Positions 11,926 to 26,255 of a stretch of DNA of 64,000 nucleotides are shown one piece after another. The DNA lies in NCBI RefSeq assembly GCF_001194135.2, contig NC_069006.1, positions 26,331,840-26,395,839 of the forward strand, in the 5' to 3' direction. Made by a program: the position numbers and the translations under genes. Each line of letters opens with the position of its first letter. The stretch's first letter is position 1. The notes under the pieces are model-generated. The model was not told the origin of the DNA. It worked only from the letters and a program-made list of their open reading frames with translations, and made no database searches. The stretch is from Octopus bimaculoides (Eukaryota).

Positions 11926-14409
11926 GTAGACGTATTCTCAATCTGTTTTGTTTCTTTCTCAAAGAAGATTCTTTTTTTCTTTTCTTTTTTGTTAGGTCTA
12001 ATACCCCTCTCCCCCACCATTTCCTCCTCCTAGTTTTTAGATGTCTTGGCTTTGGGTGACTCCACCCTTTTCACCACCACCACCACCATCATCAGGTCTT
12101 TGAGTACCTTCTCATGTCAATTACTCTCTAACAATCATTTTGACTAGATTCACAACTCCCATTTGTTCCTTTTTTTTTTGCAGAGCTACTTCACAACCCC
12201 ACAAGAGCTGGCAGAATTGTTAGCATGCCAGGCAAAATGCTTTGTTGCAATTTGTTTGTCTTTATAATGTTCTAAGTTCAAATTCTGCTCAGGTTGATTT
12301 TTCCTTTCATTCATTGATAAAATAAGTGTCATTGACTATCCCCTCCCCCTTCCCTGCAAAATTCAGGCCTTGTGCCTATAATAAAAAGGGTTATTATTAT
12401 TATTGTCTGTTTTTGTTTTTCAGATGGTAAAGTCTGTTGGCTCTACAGTGGCTCCATACTTGAGGTGGTATCTTGTAACACAAGGAATTGCCTGGCAGCT
12501 TGGAATTTCGGTAATTTCTCTCATGATGCTGAAACCATTGTTCAATGTGTGAGTGAATTCTGGACTGGTGATTCTTTGAAACTGATGGTTGGTTTGAAAA
12601 CCAGTTCTACCAGCAGTAATGGTCTGCTGTGTGTGCTCCATATTGGCCTCTCAAAAGTGGTAAAAGCTATTGAAATCCCTTTCCCGGTAAGTTCCTTTTT
12701 TAGTTTCTTCAATTTGTAGGATCTCGTAGATAAGATACAAGATAATGCATGATTCATTCAGAATAATTTGAATAAATAAGTATTACATTTGGTAAGAGTA
12801 ATCTGAAGGGTTAGGGGAATGGGCTAGAGTTGATTTAATCAACCTCAGTACATCACTGGTACTTATTAGGCTTTCAAGGCTGAGAGAGAAAGCTAATCTC
12901 CCTTGGATTTTTGACTCTGGGCATAAAGGAGTGCAATTAAGTATTGATTTTAAATGTTGGCAAAAGGCCAGTAATTTCGAGGTGGGGAGGGGGTAAGTTG
13001 ATTACGTTGAGCCCCAGTGCTCAACTGGTACTTATTTTATTGACCCCCAAAAGGATGAAAGGCAAGGTCAACCATGACTGAATTTGAACTCATAACGTGT
13101 TGACTAATGAAATGCTGCTAAGCGTTTCTCCCAGCATTCTAACGATTCTGTTTGCTTGCTTCCTTGATCCAACTAAACATTGCTCAGCATTTTAGCATTA
13201 CTGATTCTGTCAGTATCCAATAATAATTTAGATTTTGGCACACAAGACCAGCAATTCCAGGTAAGGGGACCAATTGATTACATTGACCCCCACCCCTCAC
13301 CCCTGTGCCCAACTGGTACTTGTTTTACCAGCCTCAAAAAGGATGAAAAGCAAAGTCAACCTCAGTGGAATTTGAACTCAGAATGTGTTTGTGTAGACTT
13401 TATAGCTGCCTGGTCAGAGGCAATGCTCTCCCATCGATTCAGACATGTCTTTTAATAAAACCTCATTGGCTTTGTTTCAATTTTCAGGTTACAAGTGTTG
13501 AATGTGTAACGAGTTTACTTGGTAACGACTTCCTTGTTTGGTCGTTCAGTGAACAACTCAGTTGTTTTTATGGCATCATTGCTGCCGGAACCGAAGGTGG
13601 ACATGTTTATTTAATTGGTTAGTTTTCATGGATTTACTTTTTCCTTCATTTACAAACTTCAAATTCTAATCATTCTACAGTTTTTCCTTTCTTTTTTTTT
13701 AAGCTGTTTTATGTCCTTGGATCATGGTGGTTCTTTAGCCCAAGGTCAGCTCCATTTAATCCCACCTGTATCCAAATGCATTCCTGTCCTTTATTGAGGA
13801 CACAGTGTATCTAGGACTACAACATACAGTGTTAACTTCCTTTTCTTTAAGATGATATAATGTGATTTGAGTAAGAGTTACCTTCTTTCTTTAGCACCTC
13901 AACCTCACACTCCTCTCCCTCTCTCTCTCTACCTACCTCTCCCTCTTTGTCTATCTGTTTCTTTCTGTCTTCACTCTGTCTCTCTCTTTTCCTCTATCTC
14001 TCTCTGTCTGTCTCTCTTTCCCTCAAAGTCAAATTCTTCTAATAAAAGCCATTTTCTTCCAGATATGTGTTTGGATACTTATGATTTGTCTGATGAGACA
14101 TTCCCCAACAGTTTGTATTACATCACACCTGAAACAGATGCTGTACAGGCCCGACATGAAGCACTTTCTCAAAGACAGGTCCTCTCTATGGAATTGGGGA
14201 GTAAGTTGGCTTTTTTTCTATTCGTTTACCTTCCCCCATCCTTCCCCCTCCCAGCCCACTTTCATCTCTTTCACTCTCAAATCAAGAAATGCAGCTAGCC
14301 TCCAAAAACCTCATCTTTTATTCAACAATCATATTTTTGACCCAGGTCAATTTTTTTTTTGTAGCTTCATGCATCTCGTACACTCTCACTTAATATATGA
14401 ATGTGTGTA

Positions 14410-14468
<59 letters not shown>

Positions 14469-17400
14469 ACCTTTGGATGTGCATGTATAATAGTGTAAGC
14501 ATCTTGAGAGAAAAGGTGGACATTTTGATGTCCTTCCTGACGTCAACGACTTTACAGAGTGGACTGGGGGCTTTTTATGTGGCACCAACACCAACAGGGT
14601 CACCAAGTAACTTGCAAGACAAAACCCCTTCAGCTGGCGGGGGGGCATAGTATTGAGGTGGAAACTTGGTGCCAGTTGATGAAAATTTCATTACAGTCAT
14701 TTGTGAATTAATTGTAACTTTTTCTCTTTTCTCTTCTTTTAATATATTTCCTTCATTTTCTTTTTCTTTCTTTTTTGTGTCTTTCAGCTGAGGCTTTTAG
14801 TGCTGATGACATGTTTAATTACCAAGGGAATGATGAAGACGTTGTCAAGCAATTCAGTACAGGTGGGTTGGTGTTGTGCTTCTTTCTTCTCCTCCTTCCT
14901 TCTTCCTCATTGCTTTCTTTTGTCTTCTTCCAGTTCCTCCTCCTCCTCGTGTTCTTTCCTCTCTGGCTCTCTGTCTTCTTGCTCCTCCCCCTTCCATCTC
15001 ACTCTCACACCTATATTTTCATGGAGATGATGGTGGTTGCTTAACCATTTAACATTTAAACTGGCCATATCCATCCCAAATATTCTATTTGTTTCTATGT
15101 TCAAACCAGACAAATCCTGCCTCTCACACCTACCCTACAATGTCATTCTAAAAATAAACACTCACATCATGGAAATCTCAATGCTATGACATATTCCTGA
15201 TTAGAGTAATCTGGATGTGAAAGGATTAACCCCAAAGCCATCCTGATCCTGCATATCCTTCGTCAGACATTCCAGTTGTGACCCATTTTTTTCAAACTAT
15301 TTAAGATATAAAATGTGATTTGTAAAAGGTTTGGTTGTTATTTCCAGCATGTTGTATAACCACATATTGACTTGTTATCATTTGATGATGATGATGATGT
15401 TTCTTTCTTTCAGATGATATATGTGTAACTTGTCTCAAATATATGTCGCGCAATGGCCTCTTGGCAGTTGGTTTTAGTTTTGGATGTTTCCAGTTGTGGC
15501 GGCTTGCAGTACCATTCTTAGAGTAAGTATCTTTCTGGAATGCTCTCTCTCTCCATCTCTCTCTCTCTCCCCCTCTTTCCCTACTACTTCATGTCCGTAT
15601 TAGGGTTAAAGGAGAAAAACTTCATCCCAAGTCATGGACTCATAAGGCAAGTGTTCCTTTTTCTGTGGTGTATATATTCCCCTCCATAGATGGGACACCA
15701 CTTTGTTGCAGAGTTACCTTTGCGAGCAAGCCGACTGGAGCAGCGTGAAATGAAGTGTTTTGCTCAAGAACACATCTCATAACCCAGTCCAAGAACAAAA
15801 GAGGTTGAGGCTGTTCTTTAAATTATATTTCAATCTCCATGTATGTAGATATATGTGTGTGTGGACTGGGATTTGTGGCAATTTGCTCTACTTGGGAAGA
15901 CATGTCAAGCCAAGTGAAATCGCTGTCATCCACTTTACAAGTGCTGGTGCTGCATGATTGCACCTGTGCCAGTGACATGTAAAAGGCACCCAGCACACTC
16001 TTGGTGTGGTTGGTGTTAGGAAGAGCATCCAACCATAGAAACTGTGCTCAGATGATTTTTGAAATGTTTTTTTTTTTTGTATTAAAATATTTGTTATTCT
16101 ATTAAATATGCGATATATATAATTTCTCTGACTATCCTGGAAACATTTGATGGCACCCAGACTGCATGGAACCCATCAAGTTTGAGATTGCATTGTTAAA
16201 CTAATATGGACCCTCAAGTAGGCATTACCCTGCTCCCTGCTTTCAATAAATTTTAAAGCTGTAAATGTTTAAAATTTGCATAAATTATTTTCCTTCATGA
16301 TTTCCTCTACAGATCTGTTCCCAATCCTTTCCATTTTCAGATACAGTAGCCACATAGATGACTCTGGAGATGTACCCATAACACATATTGCTTACCAAGA
16401 GCCAGAAAACGATCCAAAGTTTTTCACTTACATTTGGGTCGCCCGTGGACTCCAAGTTTTCGCTTCTGAGTGAGTAAGACTAGTTTTATTAATTGACTTT
16501 GCCTTTCATCCTTTCGGGGTCAATAAAATAAGTACCAGTTACGCACTGGGGTCAGTGTAATCGACCAGCCCCCTCCCTCAAAATTTCAGGCTTTGTGCCT
16601 AGAGTAGAAAGGATTCTTATTATTAATAAATTGGCAGAATTGTTAGAGCATGAGAAAAGTGCCTTGCAGTATTATTTTGGCTCTTTGGAACATGATGCTC
16701 CAGCATGGTCATAGTCCAGTAAAAGTATTATATAAAGTGCCAGTGGCATGTAAAAAGCACTGTCTGAATGTGATCAATGCCAGGCCTTTTGTTATAAATG
16801 CAAAACGACAACATACAAGAATCGACGTAGGCTTAAATAATCAACTGCGATATGGCAAGGGATTACTGTATATCAATGATATATATGACAGCCTCTATAC
16901 AGCTACTCTATTTAGCATTGTATGAGTTAGAACCTCTAAACTTTACTTCTCAACCTGTTTTCTTTTTGTTTTTGTTTTCCCAGCAATGGTTATGTGGCAA
17001 ATATTTCTCTCTACCAACTCACTTTTAACAAGAGGATATGGCAAGCCAATGAGGAGTATTTCTATGAAGTGAGTGGCAAATTTCTCCACATTTTCTCACA
17101 CGTAATCAACTAACCCCCTCCCCCCAAATTTCAGGTCTTGTGCCTTTAGTAGAAAGGATTATTATTATTATAAGATAAAGACTGTTTTTGTTTGTTTGTT
17201 TTAGGAGATGACCTCTATTGGAATACGCTTGGAACATGACCTTTCCTGTGATCCTTTGATGCCCTCAAAGACATTTTCGAGTAATGTGATCAGTTGCTTT
17301 ACCCTGGAAGATCCAAACTTTGTCCCCTCCCGAATCTTTGATGAAAGCCACGAAGAAGGTAAGAGTTGTCTTGTAGTTGGACGGTTTTTAATAATTGTTG

Positions 17401-20047
17401 TTGATGCTGTTATTGTTTTGTTTTGGGTCAGCTCTAATCAGCCTGATTTAATCAACAGCCTTGACCATCTCAACATGTAAAAAAATTCTCTTTTTAATGT
17501 CTAATGATGTATTTTGGATGTATTTGAAACAGGAAGACTGCCATAGAGCCAGGAGGGGTGGTGTCATGTGGGTTGGTATGATGAGGGTTAACATTGGGTA
17601 AACCAGAACCCCCCACATCTGCTGAAAGTCTACATCAAAGCTTTGAGATTTTGATGAGGTAACTGTAAATTCTTAGAATGACATTGTAGGGTAGGTGTGA
17701 AGAGCTGGATCTGAATGGTTTGAAGGAAAGAGACATGCAAAGTGTATGATGTCCAGCTTAATAGAATAGTGAGTTTTATAGAGGAGTTAGTCTTCTCCTA
17801 GAAGGATGCCTTGACAATGAATAGGGGTTGCTTGTTCCCATTGGGCTTTTTTAAAAGTAAACCAGAACTGTAAATTTCTCTTCAATAAAATCAAACCCTG
17901 CAAGCATGAAAATCCTAATTAATCAACTGAAAATGAATTTTTCTTTTCAGTTTGTTCCAGTCCTGACTTAAGCCTCAGTGTATTTGTGTGGAAGGCAATT
18001 GATGGCTCCAAGAATGGTACCACATCATACCATCTGAGTATATTCGATATGAATCGATGGTACCATTTACAAATGCCTTCTACCCTCAGGTAGCAGCTCT
18101 AATTTTTTTTAATCTTTTTTTTTTATTTCAAATTTTTCTTTTTAGTTTTTTTAAAATTCTTTTTCAATTTTCTTCATATTTACATTGTATTTTTCTTTTC
18201 ATTCTTTTATTCGTTCTCTTTTCATCTTTTTTCTTATTCTTTTCTTTCACTTTTCCAAATTTCATTCTTTTTGTTATTCTACATTTTTTTCCATTTTATT
18301 TTATAATTTTCTCTTTTTTTCTGTTTTACATTTTTTTTCTCATTTCACTTTTTCCTTTTGCATTTTCTTTCCTTTTTTTCTATCTTTTTCCTTCATTCTT
18401 TTTTCTTTTCCTCCTCTTTTTTTATCTTTCCTTTCACCAAATTTTTCTTCCAATTATTTCTTATTCCATTCTTTTCCCTTCATTTCTTTCTTCTTTATTA
18501 ATCTCTCTTTTCTTTCTTCTTTATTAATCTCTCTTTTCTTTCTATTTCTTTTTCACCTTTTCTTAAATTCTTTCCTTTCACATTTTTCTATTTTCTTGAT
18601 TTTTCTTTTCTTTTTATCACTTATTTTTGTAAATATTTTTTTGTTTTCTCTCAATGTTTTTTTTTTTTCTTTTCGTCCTTGATCAATCTTTCTGCAGGAC
18701 TTTACGTAGCTCTGGTGTTTGTCCCTTCATGGCCTTTTGTTCCCTTGATGAAGTTGTTGACTCTACAGTTGATGATGAGCTTCTGGTAAGTGCTGCTGAT
18801 GCAGTGTTCACTGCTTCCTGTAATCTGGGGCAGAATCAGTAGAGCATCAGATGAAATATCTTGTGTTATCTGGTTATGTTCCTTCAACTTCAAGTTCATT
18901 TTGCCTCTTCTCCTTCTGCAGTCAATAAAAATATGTAGGGGCTGGACAAATGTGATTGACTCCATCTTAGATAGTGGTGCTCTAGTATGATCACAGTCTA
19001 ATGAGTGAAAACAGAATCTATGCACCTATTTATACAGCTGGTGCACATAATTATCAACTCTTAACTTGCTGTATTTCTAGCGAGTATCTCCTACAAAGCT
19101 CTTATATTGACTAATACACCTAGATTCTGGTGCCCAGTGGACACTCTATCTCTTTCATACATATTTTTTGTATTGGAGCAAATAATATTTCCTGCTGGAC
19201 GCACCCTGCTTAATGCTAAGCCCCGAAATGTGAAGGAAGCATTGAGGCTTGTGTTTTTTGTCCTGTGCCCTCAGTTCTTGAATTTCACAGTCATCATAGG
19301 GGTTGGGGGCTCAGCTATGTTTTGGGGTGTTGTCTGTATGGCGGAGAACACAGGCATGGCTGTGTGGGTAAGAAGTTTGCATTGCAACCATGTGGGCTTG
19401 GGTTCAGTCCCATTGCATGGTACCTTTGGCAAGTGTCTTCTACTCTGGCTTTGACTAGATCAAAGCCTTGTGGATGGATTTAGTTGACAGAAACAGAAAG
19501 GAGCTCATTTCGTGTGTTTGTATCTTCTTGACTTGAGATAATGAGCTGATAGTATATTAACGTCACCATCCTTCAAGCAATGCTGTTTGCAGTGTTCCAT
19601 GAAAACATGTCTGGCCATTGACCTGTTCATGTCCAAAGTACTAAGGGAAATAGTATCTTACTTGTAAAAAGGTGAGGGTTGGTGACAGGTAGAGCTCCAG
19701 TTGCAGAAGTCTCATCTCACCTAGAGAGGACAAGTAGATGCGAAATGTTGATGATGGATTAAATAGTGGTGAGGGTGAAGACTTTGATAAAATATGAAGA
19801 ATTTGATTAGAAGATTATTTTTGAAATTTGGTTCCACTTATGAAAGAATTTTATCCTTTTTCCTTGTAGACTATTTATATAAACCCATCAACGGTTCGGA
19901 AATTTCTTTGTGACCCCCTGGCTGCACAAGAACAGTTTTTCTACCCTGCATCTCTTCAGTTTGGTGAGTATGGTTTAAATTTTACTCTCATTCCTTCAAC
20001 TAATGATAAGATATGAGAGAGGAAGAGTTATTGATATATATATATAG

Positions 20048-20080
<33 letters not shown>

Positions 20081-23000
20081 CATATATATAAATGTTTTTT
20101 TTTTCTGTTCAGTGATAACGAAAACAGTTCTACATTAATCTGATGGGTTACTCTATACTTTTCTAGAGTACAAATTCATTATTCTTAAACAAGAATATTA
20201 TTGATAGTGACTTTGAAGTTTTGGCCAGCTAAGCCATTATTAGAGTGCAATGTATTGAAGTTATTCGTTTTATACAGTGTCTGTTGAGAAAAAATTTTTC
20301 TGGAGTTTGTAGCAGTTGAATGGTAATTCGGTGGGAGGGATGGGCTGTGATGGAGAGGTGTTGTGGAGAAATTTTGTGCCAAAATTCTGGCTAATATTTT
20401 CTCATGTTTTGCAGATGTTCTTTGTCTGATGGAAAGTGGTTTACTCGGTGCGAAATACCTTGGAATGCAGCGTCAGGTATCTTTGGTTTCTTATTTCTTA
20501 TACCATTTCGTGTGTGTGTGTGTGGCTGTGTGGTAAGAAGTTTGCTTCCCAACCACATGGTTCCGGGTTTGGTCCCACAGTGTGGCACCTTAGAAGACAG
20601 TAGATTTGATAGATGGAAACTGATAGATGGAAACTGAAAGAATCCCATCATGTATATATGTGTATGTATGTGTGTGTGCGTGCGTGCATCTCTGTGTATG
20701 TCTTCCACTAACATCTGACAACCAGTGATAGTGTATTTATGCCTCTGTAACTTAGCAGTTTGGCAAAAGGGACTGATATAATAAATAGCAGGCTTTAAAA
20801 AAAAAAGTAGTCCTGGGATTGATTTGTTTCCTTCAAGGCTATGTCACAGTCCAATGACTGACATCAGTAAAAGAACTATACATAGGAACAAACATGAGTT
20901 CAATATAATTTGAGGGAGATTCTGCTGCTATTTCTGATAAGCACCTACACAAAGATTGTCTCATTTATCAATCACCAGCTAAACAAAAATGTGTAAAAGA
21001 AAAAAAAAAAATGTTTTATGTTTTAAAAACCAGTTTTTTGTTTGTTTTGTTCTTGTTTTTTGAGAACAATTTCTTTGTCCCTTTCCTTTCAGCAGCACCC
21101 CTCTCCAAGTCTAACACCCACTTCCTCCTTCGTGTGGTATATTTATAATTTAAAGCTCTATTTTCTTCCTTGTGTATCCAGGTTTTGAACACCATCCAGA
21201 AGTTGGGTCCTTCCTGTTTGATCGAACCAACTGAAATATACAAAATGTGTTTGTTTGTTGGTTTAGTCCATCGATCCCAGGAGAACGCCCCACAGAGTTT
21301 CTCGATTGTGGTAAGGACTGCTTTCATCCATTTTNNNNNNNNNNNNNNNNNNNNNNNNNNNNNNNNNNNNNNNNNNNNNNNNNNNNNNNNNNNNNNNNNN
21401 NNNNNNNNNNNNNNNNNNNNNNNNNNNNNNNNNNNNNNNNNNNNNNNNNNNNNNNNNNNNNNNNNNNNNNNNNNNNCCACACTTAACCAGGGCTGCAATC
21501 TAAGTAAAACAGAGATTTAGTTACTGTTCGCCAAAAAATTGGTTGAAGATTCTATTTCATTGTGTTGAATTTTTTTTTTCCCTTTCTATTTTTGTAGGGT
21601 TTCCAGAGAGAAGCTTTGCTTTCTTTGTGCCTGGAGCACCACATGGTAAACGTGACCCTGAAATGTATTGATGAATGGGCTGAAGGAGGCAAGTAGGACT
21701 TTTAACAAGCAAAATGAATATTTCTCTTGAGAAAGCCATAAAGTTGTAAGGGGAGTTTCCCCTTTTGTCTCCATCAAGGTCTCTTAAAGATAAGGGTCAG
21801 AGTTGATTCTGATGAGATTTCACTTATGTAAGAGGGGAAATAGAAAAAGTGCAAAATATTCGACATCTGCATGGTTTCTACAGCTCGATGTTCTTAATGC
21901 CAACCACCTTTACACAATGGATAGGGTTTCAGACAACAACTTAATAAGGACAGTTGTTTTATAAGATTCTTTGTTATTTCCAAAATTAATTGGAACCAAG
22001 GTGGTGTATTTCAGCAGAAATTGGGTACCAAAAATGGTTTATGAATAATCAGTTATACATTAAGATTTGATTTTTAAATTTAAGCAATTTTGAACCATTT
22101 AGCATTCAGATTAATCCATCAAATTAATTATGCATTATGTCATAGCTTTGTGATTTTGATGATGTGATTTCTATGTTTACAATGATATTGTCAGGAGGGT
22201 GAGAGAGGCTTGATTTGGCCAGTTTGAACATAAAACAGGTAGAATATTTGGACTGGATATGGCCTGTTTGAATGCTAAAAAGTTAGATGCTTAGGTTATA
22301 GCAGCTTTGAGTGTAATTAATTTGAATGTAATTATTAAACAAAATGATCTTTTCTTTCAGAATTCACTGCCCAAAAGTGTACCCTGAAATATTTACTTGA
22401 TTGGAGTTGGAACAAAGTGGTTCAAATCAAGGAAGCTATAGACAGTAACAGTAAGTGTTTTGACAAGTTCCTGTTAGAATTTGGAATGGAGTTCACCGAA
22501 AACAATTTACTTGAATTTCAATTGTTTTTTGCTTGTCCATATTAATTTCCTTGTGAGTGGGTTTGGTAGACAGGAACTGAAAGAAGCGCATCATATACAT
22601 CAATGTGTATTTGTGTTTGTGCCCCACTACACCACTTGGCAATTGGTGGTGGTAACGCCTGAAACACATAGAAAGGTAAACTGATGAGTATGTTTATTAT
22701 TTTCACAGCAAAACACTTCTTCGACTGGTCTGGCCTCCCTATAGATGACACATGTATCCAGGGTTTGCACCGATGTCTACAGAAGTTCACCTACTTAGCT
22801 CAGATATTCCACAAGTTTATTGCAAGTTCCGTGCCCACCACAGAGAATGGTAAGTCTTCATTTCTTTCTCTTAAAGCATTGTTTTATGTCCAATTTCCTG
22901 CACTTGTAAGATTGGAATGGTCTCTTGTTTTTCATGAGGACTTTCTACTGCTATGTTTATGGGAATCAAGTTCCTTCCCATGTCATAAAGACTCATAGGG

Positions 23001-26000
23001 CTGGCTTCTGTGGCACATATATTCCACCCCTGGATGGGACGATTGTTTTAATTCTGACCAGCCTCAAAGACGAAAGGAACTTAACATTTTGTTCTTGTTT
23101 TGTTTTGCAGGGATTGAAGAACTCAAACAGAAACTTGATGCCTTACAACTTCTGTCTCATCACTTGAAAGCTGTGATATGGTTTGTTGAAGCTGGTCTTC
23201 TGCCAGAGAATGATGGTGAGTGCCTTTCTTCTTCATCATCATTTAATGTCCATCTTCCATGCTGGCATGGTTGGATGGATTAACAGGAGTTAGCAAGCCA
23301 AAAGACTGCACCAAGCTGCAGTCTGTTTTCTCATGGTCTTTATGACTGGATGCCCTTCCTAATGCCAACCACTTTACAGAGTGGACTAATTAATATATTG
23401 TTGCATTGTTGTTTTCTTGTCTCAGTTTGCTACTGTTGTATCTAAGTTTATTTAGTCCAACCCATACCAGCATGGAAAATGGACGTTAAAGGAGGATGGT
23501 GTTGTCTTAAACCTCTTAAACTGGCATTCCATCTGTTAGGACAGTGAGGGTTCCAGTTGATCCGATCAATGGAACAGCCTGCTGGTGGAATTAACATGCA
23601 AGTGGCTGAGCGCTCCACAGACATGCCTACCCTTAATTTAGTTCTCAGGGAGATTTAGTGTGGCACAGAATGGCACAAGTCTGGCCCCATTGAATTACAG
23701 AGCATCTCAAAATAAATACAGTAACGAAAGGGTTCAACCTCTTAATACCAACCTGGCTAACATCATTGTAGTGTTCAAATTTAAATTAATATGTCTCATT
23801 ACTGCATGAATAATGAGGAGGGATTTCATGGCACAGTTTTCTGTTCTCACATTGAAATGTTTTTTTTCTCTTTCTTTTGTTTCAGAATTGGCAAATGATA
23901 CCCCTGGTCTCTATAAATACCCTCGGTTGAACCTGTTTGAAGAATTCTCAAAACGTCGCACTGAGATAAAGCAATTAAACAGGTAGGAATGTCTTGCTGG
24001 ATTCTTCTCCAACTCTGATTCAATGGAACACTCCTCCTTCTCCCCTTCCCAGTGAATTTGGATAGTTTTTATGGATTTATTGTAGGCACAGGCATGGCTG
24101 TGTGGTAAGAAGTTTACTTCTCAACCACATGGCACCTTGGGCAAGTGTTTTCTATAGCCCTGGGCCAACCAAAGCCTTGTGAGTGGATTTGGTAGATGGA
24201 AACTGAAAGAAGCCCATTGTGTTTGTTTGTATATAGAATAAGTCTCAGGCTTAAAAAGTTTTTAAAAATAAGCACTGGGGTTGATTCATTTGACTAAAAA
24301 TTCAAGGTGGTACTGCAGCATGGCCGCGGTCCAATGACTGATACAAGCAAAAGATGAAAGATAAATATGTGTTGTGTAGCCCCTGTTCAGCTCTGATTCT
24401 GCCCAGCAGCAGCAGCCAAATTCAGTTCTTTGATTTTTCTCCCTCCTCACATCCACCACATGAAGTACCCCTTTTTCGTGTCTTTGTTTCTCTCTCATTC
24501 TTTCTTTCTTTATCTGAATCTGCCAACATCTTCACCTCTGGCCAGTGACCTCAAGTAATTCTGATATTTGAGCTGGACTTAAACCAGACATTTACTGGGA
24601 TTCCAACAGTTTCCATCTACCAGTTCCCCTGATGAGGCATTAGTTCACTTGAAGATGAGGTACCCAAGGAATTCTGCAGTGAGATGGAACTCAAAACCAG
24701 TGGTTACAAACCAAACTCTATATCTATTCAACTATGCTTATAAAAGTGTTTACAAAATATATTAACCGTTAATTACTGGTATTAATCCTAATTATTTTCT
24801 GTCTGTTTCAGTGACCTAAAGCCTAACGAGTTACTAATGATAGACGGTTTAATTGCTAACATGGCACCGTCTGTCTATGATGTCTGGAAACAAGATGGAG
24901 GAAATGAATTATACCCACCACCAAGCATAAGTGTAAGTAGAGGGGAGGGAGATGAATTGAACCCTTTTTCAGCTTAACCCCTTTATGTCACCATATCTAG
25001 CTTTAGGATACAAAACTCTGCAAACTTTTTCGTTACCATGTTTCTGTTGAAATGCTCAACAGTTTTTGTTTCAATTAATTTCAAAAATAACAAATTTAAT
25101 AAAATAACTGTCATTATTGATTTGGTGAATGGAACAAATTAAGATGAAATTTTAATGAGAGATTTTAAATGAAAGCACTTTAATAGTGTAAGATTATATC
25201 ATAGAACCATTTGAGCTGAGTTGATATCAAAAGGGTTAAAATGTTTTTTTAATTTAAATTTTCAATCTTTCTTTCATTTAGTCCTTAACTGTTGTTTTTG
25301 CTTGGATTTACTTCAAGGTCCCAAGACATTCCTCCTCACACTTTCCCCCAAAAAGTGGCAAGTTTATTGTTGGTTGTACTGGCCCATGGTGGATTATACT
25401 ATTAATGGTAATAGTGTAGTTTATTATAGTTGGTAGATTGTAGTTTATGCTGTGGGTGTCGGTAGAATGTAGTTTGTTATACTAAGTTATTGCTACAGTG
25501 TTGTCTAGTTACTGTATCTAACTTCAGCATATCCAAGACGAAATGAGCACAAGGGGCAAAATGGGTTTAGGGGAGGCCTAACTTCACAAAGAGGAGGATC
25601 CTGGGTGATTTTTTTTTTTCTTGTTTTTCCTCCAAAATGGTAATTTTTGTCTGTTTTTCCTTTGTTTCAGGCATTACTCTATATCTACCTCCTGGAAGAT
25701 GTTTCATTGATCACCAAACATTGTGTAGTTGGATATTTCTTTTTAGATTTAGCCTCACTGGGAGTGGAAGACAACTCAAAGGTTCGTAGTTTGTGGTTTG
25801 TTTATGGATCTTGACATAGTGTAGAGGTAGATATTGGTTTTAAATTTTGGCACCAGGCAAGCCATTTTGAGGGTTAGGGGTCTAGTCAATTGCACTCAGA
25901 ATGTAAAGATGGACAAAATGTTGCTACACATTTTGCTTGGAATGCTAACAATTCTGCCAGTTCGCAGACTGGAGTTTCAAGTTTTGACACAAAACCAGCA

Positions 26001-26174
26001 ATCTTGTGGGGAGTGGATTGCATCAACTCCAGTCTCCAGCTGCTACCCCTTTTATCAGCCCTGAAAGGAGGGAAGGCAAAGTCAACCTTGATAGAATTTG
26101 AACTCAGAACGTAAAGATGGACAAAATGCGGATTTTGCCAGCTCACCGCTGTAGTCTTAGTTGCAAATGTTGTA

Positions 26175-26255
<81 letters not shown>

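Noticed and set aside
18057-18682. Phe/Leu-rich membrane-protein-like ORFs
   Set aside because: Translation of a T-rich low-complexity intron.
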